Below are positions 37,990 to 50,375 of a stretch of DNA of 64,000 nt, piece by piece. The number at the start of each line of letters is the position of its first letter. The stretch's first letter is position 1. Position numbers and translations under genes: made by a program. The notes under the pieces were generated by a model. It was not told the origin of the DNA and ran no database searches. It saw only the letters and a list, made by a program, of their open reading frames with translations. Origin of the DNA: Hypanus sabinus (lineage: Eukaryota); the NCBI RefSeq assembly GCF_030144855.1, contig NC_082717.1:4092001-4156000 (forward strand), read 5' to 3'.

Positions 37990-40535
37990 ATTATAACCAT
38001 ATAACCATATAACAATCACAGCACGGAAACAGGCCATCTCGGCCCTCCTAGTCCATGCCGAACTCTTAATTTCACCTAGTCCCACCTACCCGCACTCAGC
38101 CCATAACCCTCCACTCCTTTCCTGTCCATATATCTATCCAATTTTACCTTAAATGACACAACTGAACTGGCCTCTACTACTTCTACAGGAAGCTCATTCC
38201 ACACAGCTATCACTCTCTGAGTAAAGAAATACCCCCTCGTGTTTCCCTTAAATTTCTGCCCCCTAACTCTCAAATCATGTCCTCTTGTTTGAATCTCCCC
38301 TACTCTCAATGGAAACAGCCTATTCACGTCAACTCTATCTATCCCTCTCAAAATTTTAAATACCTCGATCAAATCCCCCCTCAACCTTCTAAGCTCCAAT
38401 GAATAGAGACCTAACTTGTTCAACCTTTCTCTGTAACTTAAGTGCTGAAACCCAGGTAACATCCTAGTAAATCATCTCTGCACTCTCTAATTTATTGATA
38501 TCTTTCCTATAATTTGGTGACCAGAACTGTACACAATATTCCAAATTTGGCCTTACCAATGCCTTGTACAATTTTAACATTACATCCCAACTTCTGTACT
38601 CAATGCTTTGATTTATAAAGGCCAGCGTTCCAAAAGCCTTCTTCACCACCCTATCTACATGAGACTCCACCTTCAGGGAACTATGCACTATTATTCCTAG
38701 ATCTCTCTGTTCCACTGCATTCCTCAATGCCCTACCATTTACCCTGTATGTTCTATTTGGATTATTTCTGCCAAAATGTAGAACCTCACACTTCTCAGCA
38801 TTAAACTCCATCTGCCAACGTTCAGCCTATTCTTCTAACTGGCATAAATCTCCCTGCAAGCTTTGAAAACCCACCTCATTATCCACAACACCTCCTACCT
38901 CAGTATCATCGGCATACTTACTAATCCAATTTACCACCCCATCATCCAGATCATTTATATATATTACAAACAACATTGGGCCCAAAACAGATCCCTGAGG
39001 CACCCCGCTAGTCACCGGCCTCCATCCCGATAAACAATTATCCACCACTACTCTCTGGCATCTCCCATCTAGCCACTGTTGAATCCATTTTATTACTCCA
39101 GCATTAATACCTAACGACTGAACCTTCTTAACTAACCTTCCATGTGGAACTTTGTCAAAGGCTTTGCTGAAGTCCATACAGACGACATCCACTGCCTTAC
39201 CCACATCAACATTCCTTGTAATTTCTTCAAAAAATTCAATAAGGTTTGTCAAACATGACCTTCCACGCACAAATCCATGCTGGCTACTCCTAATCAGATC
39301 CTGTCTATCCAGATAATTATTAATACTATCTCTAAGAATACTTTCCATTAATTTACCCACCACTGATGTCAAACTGACAGGTCTATAATTGCTAGGCTTA
39401 CTTCTAGAACCCTTTTTAAACAATGGAACCACATGAGCAATACGCCAATCCACCGGTACAATCCCCGTTACTAATGACATCTTACAGATCTCCGTCAGAG
39501 CTCCTGCTATCTCTATACAAACTTCCCTCAAGGTCCTGGGAAATATCCCTGTCAGGACCCGGAGATTTATCCACTTTTAAATTTCTTAAAAGCGCCAGTA
39601 CTTCCACCTCTTTAATTGTCATAGGTTCCATAACTTCCTTACTTGTTTCCCACACCTTACACAATTCAATATCCTTCTCCTTAGTGAATACCGAAGAGAA
39701 GAAATTGTTCAAAATCTCTCCCATCTCCCTCGGCTCCACACATAGCTGACCACTCTGATTCTCTAAGGGGCCAATTTTATCCCTCACTATCCTCTTGCTT
39801 TTAATATAACTGTAGAAACCTTTTGGATTTACTTTCACCTTATTTGCCAAACCAACCTCATATCTTCTTTTAGCTTTTCTAATCTCTTTCTTAAGATTCC
39901 TTTTACATTCTTTATATTCCTTGAGCAATTCCTTTACTCCATGCTGCCTATATCTATTGTAGACATCCCTGTTTTTCCGAACCAAATTTCTAATATCCCT
40001 TGAAAGCCATGGTGCTTTCAAACCTTTAACCTTTCCTTTCAACCTAACAGGAACATAAACATTCTGTACCCTCATAATTTCACCCTTAAATGACCTCCAT
40101 TTCTCTATTACATCCTTCCCATAAAACAACTTGACCCAATCCACTCTCTCTAAGTCCCTTCGCATCTCCTCAAAGTTAGCCTTTCTCCAATCAAAAATCT
40201 CAACTCGAGGACCTGTCCTGTCCTTCTCCATAATTATATTGAAACTAATGCTATTGTGATCACTGGACCCGAAGTGCTCCCCAACACATACATCTGTCAG
40301 CTGACCTATCGCATTCTCTAACAGGAGATCCAACACTGCCCCATCTCTAGTCGGTATTGTTGCAAAAAACTATCCTGCACACATTTCACAAACTCTAAAC
40401 CATCCAGCCCTTTTACAGAATGAGCTTCCCAGTCTACGTGTGGAAAATTAAAATCTCCCACAATCACCACCTTGTGTTTGCTACAAATATCTGCTATCTC
40501 CTTACACATTTGCTCTTCCAACTCACGCTCCCCAT
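37990..40535 (-). mobile_element. Relatively young 5'-truncated CR1 inserted in the Gypsy integrase
   Basis: ORF2 nearly continuous over ORFs 40318-, 39482-, 38827-, 38464- and 38076- with few stops or frameshifts; short tandem tail TATAACCA; integrase rejoins as EVCGLSRTTAEN-VITCMRSVFSRHG. Confidence 0.95.
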
Positions 40536-40946
40536 TCTCTGCTGTTGTTCTGCTCAGACCACACACTTCAGGATCCAATGAGTAGTAATCTGTTATTAAT
40601 AGATAATCTTTGTTGTCAGATACAAAAAGATCAACGCCTACCGTCTGATAGGGCCTCTGAGGACTAGGATATGGATGCAGTGGCTCCTTAGGGTTGCTCG
40701 GTTGGTATTTAAGACATAGTTGACAAGAAGACACCAATTCTACGATTTCTTTATTCATCCTAGGCCAAAACATCATTTCCCACACCCTTCCCTTACATTT
40801 TTCAATACCTAGGTGGCTTTCATGAATTTTCCCATGCAGTTTTTTCGGAGACTTTTAGGAATCACAATTCTGCTACCTTTGTACAATATCCCACCCACAA
40901 CAGACAGTTCTGATCTGTGGTTCCAATATTCTTGTACTTCTGAGGT

Positions 40947-42785
40947 GTGTGGGTGGAGTATTTGCTCACAGGGTGTGTGTGAAGCATCTAGTGCAATAGT
41001 GTAGTGGTACTTGCAGTTAGTGCATGCTGCATGCTGCATAGTGCTCCCTGCTTGCTACTCTCTGCTTACAGCTATTGCCACTGGCTAGCCTTCTCAACAG
41101 AGGGTGAACAGAGGAGCCGAGTGTGTAATCCTCCTCCTGCCAGTACAGAGCCTCTCCACCACCAGGATTCCTGCAGTGCCTCCTCAGGGCCACACGTGGA
41201 AACTGGGTATCTTACTGGGTAAACTACAGGAGATCTCAAAGCAGCAGTAGGCCCCAGAGACGTGGCATGCAGGCTCACCACTGTGTGGATACACCCTGGC
41301 GCCCGTCAACTACTGTCCCAGCTATGGGTAAGTAGCCCCAGTGCCTTGTGGTAAGTGTGCTGAGACAAGGCTAAGGGAGCACACCCTGACAGAAAAGCAA
41401 TGTGCTGGTAGCGTGTAGTAGGCCGGCCTGAACAGCCCAAGGACCCGGCAGCCTCCTGCAGCCAGGATGTGGGACTGGTTGTCCGGGGTTCACCCTTGCC
41501 ACCGGGATTTACCCCATCATGGTGAAGATTGCACTACTGGGGATGGCTCACCCCCTGTGGCACTTTAATATCCTCCTTGGGCAAGTCTCCACCTCTGACA
41601 ACCGCAGAAGTATTGAGGCCATGATCACCCAGCGTCAGCTGCAGTGGCTGGGGTATGTGACAAGGATGCCCCAATGTCGGCTACCCTGCAGAGTGTTATA
41701 CAGCCAGCTACATCACGATCGACGCTCAGCTGGAGGGCCGAGGAAGCGCGATAAGGATCAGATGAAGAATGCTTTGAGGAAGTTCAAGATCAGACCTGAG
41801 GACCTGGAGGATGTTGCTGCTGACCGTAACACTTGCGACAGCTGTGTAGGGATGGGGTTCATATTCTGGAGATGGAAAGAACAACCAGGAGACAGCAGAA
41901 GAGAGCCAGGAGAAATGCAGCCATGGTTGCCATCACTACCACTACCATATGTAACCCCCTGGGTCACCTCAGGCTCGCTCAGCTCATTCTCGTCTAGGGG
42001 GAGCAGCCTTCGGCCCCGCCAAACTGGGTAATCAGCTGGTGTGGATGCTGTGTGATGTCCCCGCCTCACCCAAAAACAGACAGTACACCATATGCAATTA
42101 AATGAGTACAATTTACAAAGGTTACTATAACTGTGATTAATAACGATACAGTATATATGAAGAAAAATAATAAAGAAAAGGCGCCAAACTTATCAAAGTC
42201 CAAACCACTTCGTGCACAACCGTTGGAGCTCAATTACTGAAGTCTTCTGGCCACCATTCAATCCCCTCCGAACTCCTCGACTCACATTAGGACCATCCGA
42301 AGTGGTCAACCAAGCACATCTAGCTTCATCTCCTCTCCTCGGAGTACCTCCTTGGCCTTGGACCCCCGCTTGGGGTCCGTTCCTCGCCCAGCTTACAGCA
42401 TCGCGTCCTCTCTCTCTCAACCCCTCGCGCCGATCTGCCCAAAAGCCCGCCAACAATAGTTTACAGGCTCAGAAGAAAGAATAAAATTAATCCCAATTGG
42501 TTTACAAAGGAATACAATTCTCGTTATCAGTAAATTTTAACCCAAACAAGCTTCCAGCACTCTCTCGCAACAAAGAAGCATTCCTGCTTTTAACAGAACA
42601 ACGAAGCCATTTTGATTACAGACACAGTAACAAAGAAAAAAGGAGAAACCCCCTTTACACACATATACATGCTCCACTTGCAATAGAGCTTGTGGGTCCT
42701 GGATAGGACTGTATAGTCATCAAATATCTCACCGTTAAAGGAGTGGATGTCGTCATCGGATTCCGATGGAAAACCAAAGAAGAAG
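40947..42785 (+). mobile_element. Internally deleted RTE element (5' non-coding part plus ORF2 3' end)
   Basis: Perfect 11-bp TSD ACTTCTGAGGT (40936-40946, 42786-42796), AAGAAGAAG tail, QLQWLGYVTRMP..RLP..VLYSQL...RS.GG.RKR.KD..K and C..C.R.C....GL.SH. Confidence 0.85.
41950..42659 (-). mobile_element. Solo LTR inserted in the RTE element
   Basis: TGTAAC...TTTACA termini; 4-bp flanks CATA/CACA; RTE sequence rejoins across it. Confidence 0.75.
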
Positions 42786-45149
42786 ACTTCTGAGGTACGG
42801 TCCTGCTTATATTCTGGCCATCACCACTTGTATCACCTGACTGAGAATTTTGTCCTTGTCTGTCTCAAGACGCAGCAGTTCCAACTTTTTGGGAGCAACA
42901 GGAACAGTCTCTATGATCATATCAACAAATGCCCGAACATCAACAGCATCCCTGTGACTGTCTTTTGTTGTTGGATCCACAGCTCTGGAAAGTGTGTCAG
43001 CCATGTACATGAATTTTCCAGGTGTGTATGACACATTCAATGCATATCTTTGCAATTTGATCATCATTCACTGAATTCGCAAAGGACAGTTGCATGAAGG
43101 TTTGTTGAACAATGCAATCAGAGGCTTATGATCAGTTTCAACATCAATAGATTGCCCTGACACAAACTGATGAAATCTCTCACAAGGAAACATAACACAA
43201 TTCTTTTTCAATTTGGGCATACCTTGTTTCTGGATTGGATAATGCACGAGATGCATATGCCACTGGTAGCCATTCCCGATCATGTTTTTGGAGTAATACT
43301 GCCCCTAAGCCTGCTTGAGATGCATCACATGAGATTTTGATGGGTCTCTCAGCATTATAGAATTTCAAAACAGGTTCTTTATTTAAACACTTGCTTGAGA
43401 TTTTGCTATGCCTTCTCCTGTTCGTGATTCCCGCTCCATTCGTTTTTCTTTTCTGTTAGCTGCCTCAATGGAGCAAGCTGTTCTGGAAGGTTGGGTATGA
43501 ATTTTCCCATGTAGTTGACCATTCCCATGAACCTTTGAACATTTATCTTACATTGTGGTCTTGGCATGTTCTCAAGAGCAGAAACCTTCAATGGATAAGG
43601 ATGTACACCCTCATTGCAGATGATATCACCCACAAAGGTAAGTTCAGTCACTCCTAGCTGACATTTGTCTTTATTCAACTTCAGGTTTGCCTTGTATGTT
43701 GCCTCAAAGACTTGTCTGAGTCTCATGTCGTGCTCTTGTTTAGATGATCCCCAAACAATAATATCGTCCATGGAAGTATCCATGCCCTCAATGTGCCTAT
43801 ATAGCATGTGAATGGTTTTATGGTTCACTTCAGGACCTGATGCAATTCCAAACAGAAGAGTAAGAAAACAGTATCTGACAAAAGGAGTGTTAAAGGTACA
43901 CAACTTTGAACTCAGTTCATCTAGCTTAAGTTGTCAGAATCCAGAGGATGCATCTAATTTACTAAAGAACTTTGCATTAGCCAACTTGGACATAATTTCT
44001 TCATGAGTAGGCAATTTGAAATGTTGTCTTTTAATGGCTTGATTCAAGTCTCTTGGATCTAAGCAAATCCTCAGTTTTCCATTTTTCTTATCAACAATGT
44101 CAAGTGAATTGACTCATTCAATTGGTTCATCAATTTTTTTTATGTCTCCTAGCCATTCCATTCTGTCAAGCTCTGCTTTCAGTTGATGATGTAATGCAAA
44201 AGTTATTTTTCTACATGGATGTACTACAGGTGGCACTGTGTTGTCAATTTTAAATGTGTGCTCTTCTGAAAGACAACCAAGCCCTTTAAACAAGTCTTCA
44301 TAATCTTTCATCAAGTCACCGTATTCTGTCTCTGTGTCACTGTCCAGGGCTAAGTCTCTTTTCACCAAATTCAGTCTTTCACAGGCAGATAAACCCTGTA
44401 TTGACTGTACATTCCTTGGCACCACCATAAATGAGGGCGTGTGCACAATATTTTTGTGTGATACTTTCACCACACATTTTCCTTTAATTGGAATGTCTGA
44501 ACCTGAATAACCAGTCACTTTCATATTCATCGTATGTAACTTTGGTCTTGGCTTTAATGCATTGAACTCAGATTCTGCAAGATCATTTACTTGTGCTCCA
44601 GTATCCAGTTTAAACAGAATATTGTTTTGGTTCACTTGCAATGGAATAGTCCAGTCATTCTTACTTTGATTGTTTTTACAAAGCACATAGATATAAAACT
44701 CCTCACATTCATTTTCAAGCACTGCATTTACTTGTTTTATTTTCTTTCTACTTCTGGAACAGTGTGAAAAATGATTACTCTTACCGCAGGCGTTGCACGT
44801 TTTCCCATTCACTGGACACTGTTTTGGCTGATGCTGCTGCCCACAGCGATCACATAGCTTTTCTCTGTCATATGATGTCTTGCTCTTTGTTGGTTTTGTT
44901 GTAATTTTATTAGGAAACAGGAACAACCCTGAAAACTACACTGTGGAACGAGCTGCCTGAGCAAGTGGTGGACGCCATTTCGATTTCAATGTTTAAGAGG
45001 AGTTTGATTGGTACATGGATAGGTGAGATGGACGGCTATGGTCCGGGTGTAGGTTGATGGGGCAAGGTAGTTTAAATGGTTCAGCATGGACTAAATGGGC
45101 CGAAGGGCCAGTTTCTGTGCTGTAGCTTTCTGTGACTCTCTGTGACTCT

Positions 45150-47700
45150 GTGACCTGTCCAGGAGTCTCCTAAAAGACCCTAGACCTTCCATATATCCTG
45201 AAGTCGTGCCCTCTTATCCGATAATCCTCTACCATGGGAAATAACTTTCCCATATCTAATTATTTCAGGCCTTTAACATTCGGAATGTTTCTATGAGATC
45301 CCCCCTCATTCTCCTGAACTCCAGGGAATACAGCCCAAGAGTTGCCAGAAGTTCCTCATACGATAACCCTTTCATTTCTGGAATCATTCTCCCGAATCTT
45401 CTCTGAACACTCTCCAATGTCAGTATATCCTTTCTAAAATAAGGAGCCAAAAACTGCATACAATACTCCAATTGTGCTCTCATGAGTGCCTTATAGAGCC
45501 TCAACATCACATCCCTGCTCTTATACTCTATACCTCTAGAAATGAATGCCAACATTGCATTCGCTTTCTTCACCACAGACCCAACCTGGAGGATAACCTT
45601 TAGGGTATCCTGCACAAGGACTCCCAAGTCTGCAACTGCATCTGGAATTCCCTCTCCATCTAATTAATATTCTGCCTGTTTATTTCTCCCATCAAAGTGA
45701 ATGACCATTTACTTACCAACATTGTATTTCATTTACCACTTTTTTGCCCATTCCCTTAAACTATCTAAGTCTCTCTGCAGGCTGTCTGTTTACTCAATAC
45801 TACCGGCTTCTCCAGATTTCTTTGTATAATCGGCAAATTTAGCCAGAAATCCTTGAATCCCATCGTCCAAATCATTGATGTACATCGTAAAAAGCAGAAC
45901 TGACTCCTGTGGAACCCCACTGGTAACCAGCAGCCAGCCAGAATAGGATCCCTTTATTCCCACACTCTCCTTTCTGCCGATCAGCCAATGCTCTACCCAC
46001 ACTAGTAACTTCCCTGTAATTCCATGGGCTCTTATCTTGCTAAGCAGGCTCCTGTGTGGCACCTTGTCAAAGGCCTTCTGAAAATCCAAGTACACCACAT
46101 CTACTGCATCTCCTTTGCCTACCCTGCTTGTAATTTCCTCAAAAAATTGCAGTAGTTTTGTCAGGCAGGATTTTCCTTTCAGGAAACCATGCTGGCTTTG
46201 GCCTATCTTGTCATGTGTCTCTGGGTACTCCATAATCTCATCCCTAAATATCGATTCCAACAACTTTCCAACCACTGATGTCAGGCTAACAGGTCTATAG
46301 TTTCAGCAACACACACAAAATGCTGGTGGAACGCAGCAGACCAGGCAGCATCTGTAGGAAGAAGTACAGTCAACATTTCAGGTCGAGACCCTTCGTCAGG
46401 GTCTTGACGAAGATTCTCCACCCAAAACATTGACTGTGCTTCTTCCTATCGATGCTCGTAAACTCAAAATACTCTGCTGATGCTGGGGTCAAAACAACAG
46501 GCACAACACGCTGGAAGAACTCAGCAGGTCAGGCAGCGTCCATGGAAACGTTGACTGTTCATTCTTACGGATGCCGCCAGACCTGCTGAGTTCCTCCAGC
46601 GTGTTGTGCCTGTTGCTTCTCCCTATAGATGCTGCCTGGCCTGCTGAGTTCCTCCAGCGTGTTGTGCCTGTTGCTTCTCCCTACGGATGCCGCCAGACCT
46701 GCTGAGTTCCTCCAGCGTGTTGTGCCTGTTGCTTCTCCCTATAGATGCTGCCTGGCCTGCTGCACCCCACCAGCATTTTGTGTGTGTTGCTTGAATTTCC
46801 AGCATCTACAGATTTGCTCGTGTTTGAGATCTATAGTTTCCTTTCTGCTGCCTCCCACCTTTCTTAAATAACGGAGTAACATTTGCAATTTTCCAGTCAT
46901 CTGGTACAATGTCAGTATCTATCAGTTCTTGAAAGATCATCGTTAATGCCTCCACAATCTCTCCAGCTACTTCCTTCAGAACTCGGGGGTGCGTTCCATC
47001 AGGTCCAGGAGATTTATCCACCCTCAGACCATTAAGCTTCCTGAGCACCTTCTCAGTCATAACTTTCACTGCACAAACCTCACTTCCCTGACACTCTTGA
47101 ATGTCCGGTATACTGCAGATATCTTCCACTGTGAAGACTGATGCAAAATATGCATTCAGTTCCTCTGCCAGCATCATTTTGTATTTATCCTATATCTACA
47201 CTCAACTCTCTTTTACCCTTTATATACTTAAAAAAGCTCTTAGTATCTTCTTTGATATGAGTCACCAGCTTCCTTTCATAATTCATCTTTTCCTTCCTAA
47301 TGAACCTTTTAGTTTCCTTCTGCAGGCTGTTAAAAGCTTCCCAATCCTTTATCTTCTCTCTAGCTTTAGCTTTCTTGTATGCCTCTCTTCTGTTTTTACC
47401 TTGACTTTGATTTCACTTGTAAGACATGGTAGTGTCCTTCTTCCATTCAAAAATCTCTTCTTATTTGGAATATATCGGTCTGCACTTCCCTCTCTGTCAG
47501 GCTGACAGAACCTGCTGTCTGTCCCCCTCACTATGGAATCCCCAATGACTACCACATTCCTCATCTTCTTTCTCCCTTCTGCACCAAGGAACTGGGGTCA
47601 GTGTCAGAGACCCGAATGTAGTTGTCATCCCGTTTCAGGACACACACTCAACAGCATCTAAAACGAGATAACGATTACTGAAGGGGATCGCCACACAGGT
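45150..47700 (-). mobile_element. CR1 LINE with ORF1 esterase remnant, large internal deletions
   Basis: VVIGDSIVRGTD.RFC (47349-47564), DKSPGPDG (46806-47177), [13 protein letters not shown] (45790-46275). Confidence 0.9.
46305..46829. mobile_element. Composite Penelope-pLTR-derived insertion with head-to-head hammerhead remnants and short tandem units
   Basis: 11-bp TSD TCTATAGTTTC (46294-46304, 46830-46840). Minus-strand CCTGACGAAGGGTCTCGACCTGAAATGTTGACTG at 46367-46400, with a degraded plus copy after it. Confidence 0.8.
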
Positions 47701-47839
47701 GTTCTCTATTATCTGAGCTCTTCCCTTTTCTTCCGTGACAGTCACTCTTCAACTTCAGACAGAACCATTCAACTTCAGTCACACCTCAGCCTCAGGCAGA
47801 ACCACTTTCACCGTGCCCTCTCTATTCGAGCCTGCCTCC

Positions 47840-48099
47840 CTCACTTCCTGCAAAGCAAGTGTTAAGCTCTGCTCAGTTCTTTCCTCTGTGGCAAAAGCAG
47901 TTGGGTAAAAAAAGCAATCTTTACAGGAAATAAGTCACTGTGTATAAGAGTGTGAAAGGGGAGTCAGAGGAACTACCCTCTGTGTTTCCTCTTTGTGTGC
48001 CGAAAATTACTGCCGCAAGAACCAAGTCCAGAGAGCTGAGAACATAGTTACAATAACCTTCTGTACACCCTGAAAACAGGGGAAACCGACTCTGCTGAG
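47840..48099 (+). promoter_or_regulatory. Putative promoter of the plus-strand leader exon
   Basis: CACTTCCTG (Ets-like) at about 47843; AGCAATCTTTACAGGA at 47913-47928 shared with the paralog; GGGGAGTCAGAGGAAC at 47958-47973 resembles minus-strand GGGGAAGTCAAAGGGGAAC at 825-807. Confidence 0.45.
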
Positions 48100-48151
48100 A
48101 TGAGAAACAAAAGCCTTCCTGCAGTGACCATTTTCCTGTGTGTTTCAGTGG
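48100..48151 (+). CDS. Signal-peptide (leader) exon, probably of the V-J gene at 60.2 kb
   Basis: ATG, 17 codons MRNKSLPAVTIFLCVSV plus one G, then a consensus phase-1 donor G|GTAAGT. The end resembles the exon at 678-726 (TLSVCAVG). Confidence 0.6.
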
Positions 48152-49107
48152 GTAAGTAACAGTGTGTATCTGTGGGTAAGTTACAGTGTGTTTCTGTGGG
48201 TGTGTACTGTTTGTTTCTGTGGGTACATACTTGTGTGTTTCTGTGGGTGTGTACTGTTTGTTTCTGTGGGTGCATACTTGTGTGTTTCTGTGGGTGTGTA
48301 CTGTTTGTTTCTGTGGGAATGTATCTGTGTGTTTCTGTAGGTACGTACCTGTGTGTTACTGTGGGTATGTGCCTGTGTGTTTCTGTGTGTGTGTGTACCT
48401 GTGTGTTTCTGTGGGAATGTATCTGAGTGTTTCTGTGGGAATGTATCTGAGTGTTTCTGTGTGTGTGTATACCTGTGTGTTTCTGTGGGAATGTATCTGT
48501 GTGTTTCTGTGGGTAAGTTACAGTGTGTTTCTGTGGGTGTGTACCTGTGTGTTTCTGTGGGAATGTATCTGTGTGTTTCTCTGTGTGTGTATACCTGTGT
48601 GTTTCTGTAGGTACGTACTTGTGTGTTACTGTGGGTATGTGCCTGTGTGTTTCTGTGTGTGTGTGTACCTGTGGGTATGTACCTGTGTGTTACTGTGGGT
48701 GTGTACCTGTGTGTTTCTGTGGGAATGTATCTGTGTGTTTCTGTGGGTAAGTTACAGTGTGTTTCTGTGGATGTGTACCTGTGTGTTTCTGTGGGTGTGT
48801 ACCTGTGTGTTTCTGTGGGAATGTATCTGTGTGTACCTGTGTGTTACTGTGGGTGGGTATCTGTGTGTTTCTGTGTGTGTGTGTAGCTGTGTGTTTCTGT
48901 GGGTACGTACCTGTGTTTCTGTGGGTACGTACCTGTGTGTTACTGTGGGAATGTACCTGTGTGTTTCTGTGGGTATGTACCTGTGTGTTACTGTGGGTAT
49001 GTACTTGTGTGTTACTGTGGGAATGTACCTGTGTGTTTCTGTGGGTATGTACCTGTGTGTTACTGTGGGTATGTACTTGTGTGTTACTGTGTGTGTGTAC
49101 CTCTGTG

Positions 49108-49156
<49 letters not shown>

Positions 49157-49537
49157 CTGTGTATTTCTGTGGGTACGTACCTGTGTGTTTCTGTGGGTAC
49201 GTACCTGTGTGTTACTGTGGGAATGTACCTGTGTGTTTCTGTGGGTGTGTACCTGTGTGTTACTGTGGGAATGTACCTGTGTGTTTCTGTGGGTATGTAC
49301 CTGTGTGTTACTGTGGGAATGTACCTGTGTGTTTCTGTGGGTACGTACCTGTGTGTTACTGTGGGAATGTACCTGTGTGTTTCTGTGGGTATGTACTTGT
49401 GTGTTACTGTGTGTGTGTACCTCTGTGTTTCTGTGTGTGTGTGTGTGTGTGTGTGTACCTGTGTGTTTCTGTGGGTATGTGCCTGTGTGTTACTGTAGGT
49501 GGGTACCTGTGTGTTACTGTGGGAATGTACCTGTGTG

Positions 49538-49604
<67 letters not shown>

Positions 49605-49670
49605 CTGTGTGTTTCTGTGGGTGTGTGCCTGTGTGTTACTGCAGGTGGGTACCTGTGTGTTACCATGGCT
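48140..49670 (+). repeat. Complex GT-rich satellite with (GT)n runs
   Basis: Modules GTGTGTTTCTGTGGG, AATGTACCT and TACGTACCT. It explains the Cys/Val-rich ORFs. Confidence 0.97.
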
Positions 49671-49872
49671 ACTGTGGAGAGGGTTGAATACTGTGATGAT
49701 CTGGAGGGGGTTTGGTTGACAGTCTGCCTGCATCTCTAATCACCTGGGCTGTTTATTGTTCTTGCTTTAAAATGCTTTTGTGGGAATATGGTGGGAAATT
49801 TCAGTTCATTTACTGTACATTTTAGCTTGGGTTCTGCATTTATTTGCTTGTGTATTTGTGGGTCACCCTGAA

Positions 49873-50046
49873 TGTAACGGGGTGTATGATGGTTACCTCC
49901 CCCGTCGGTATGCGACTGGTTGGGTTCACTCTCCGGGTCAGTGTCTGGTCTGATTTGTGTTCATTACAATAAAATATTTGTTGAGTTCAACGAGCTTCGT
50001 TGTCTGTCATTATGGACCAAATGCTCGCCTCATTGGTGTCAGGAGT
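49873..50046 (+). mobile_element. Short LTR with adjacent tRNA-Leu-type PBS (truncated LTR element)
   Basis: TGTAAC...CA (49873-50032) with AATAAA, followed by TGGTGTCAGGAGT. Confidence 0.6.
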
Positions 50047-50340
50047 ATTTCATTTGCCACTTCTTTGCACAATCCCCTAAACTCTCTACTCTTTATAAAA
50101 CTGAACTGAACTTTCAATATTCTGCTTTATATTATTGGCTAGTTTCCCTCATATTTCATCTTTTCCCTTCTTGTAGCTTTTTAAATTGCCTTTTGTTAGA
50201 TTTTTAAAAAATTCCAATCATCCAACTTCTCACTCACTTTTGCTACTTATGTGCTCTTTTTTGACTTTTATGCAGTCCTTAACTTCCTCTGTCAGTCACA
50301 ATTGCCTGACAGGAAGTTTGAGAACTTCTTCCAGGTAGTT

Positions 50341-50344
<4 letters not shown>

Positions 50345-50373
<29 letters not shown>
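50345..50373. repeat. (AT)n microsatellite
   Basis: About 14 AT units. Confidence 0.95.

Positions 50374-50375
<2 letters not shown>

Larger units (their letters stand above)
37016..44930 (-). mobile_element. pol: Gypsy LTR retrotransposon remnant (gag end, protease, RT, RNase H, integrase, 3' LTR) with nested insertions
   Basis: Zinc knuckles and FKLDTGAQV (44114-44926); RT ...MDDIIVWG (43406-43903); CDASQAGLGAVL and YAQIEKE (RNase H); VGVDLF, FTDNGPQ and ALLAY.STPL (integrase). Putative LTR about 37016-37265 next to a purine-rich tract. Confidence 0.88.

Noticed and set aside
48186-49739. Cys/Val-rich 517-aa ORF and overlapping ORFs
   Set aside because: GT-rich satellite.
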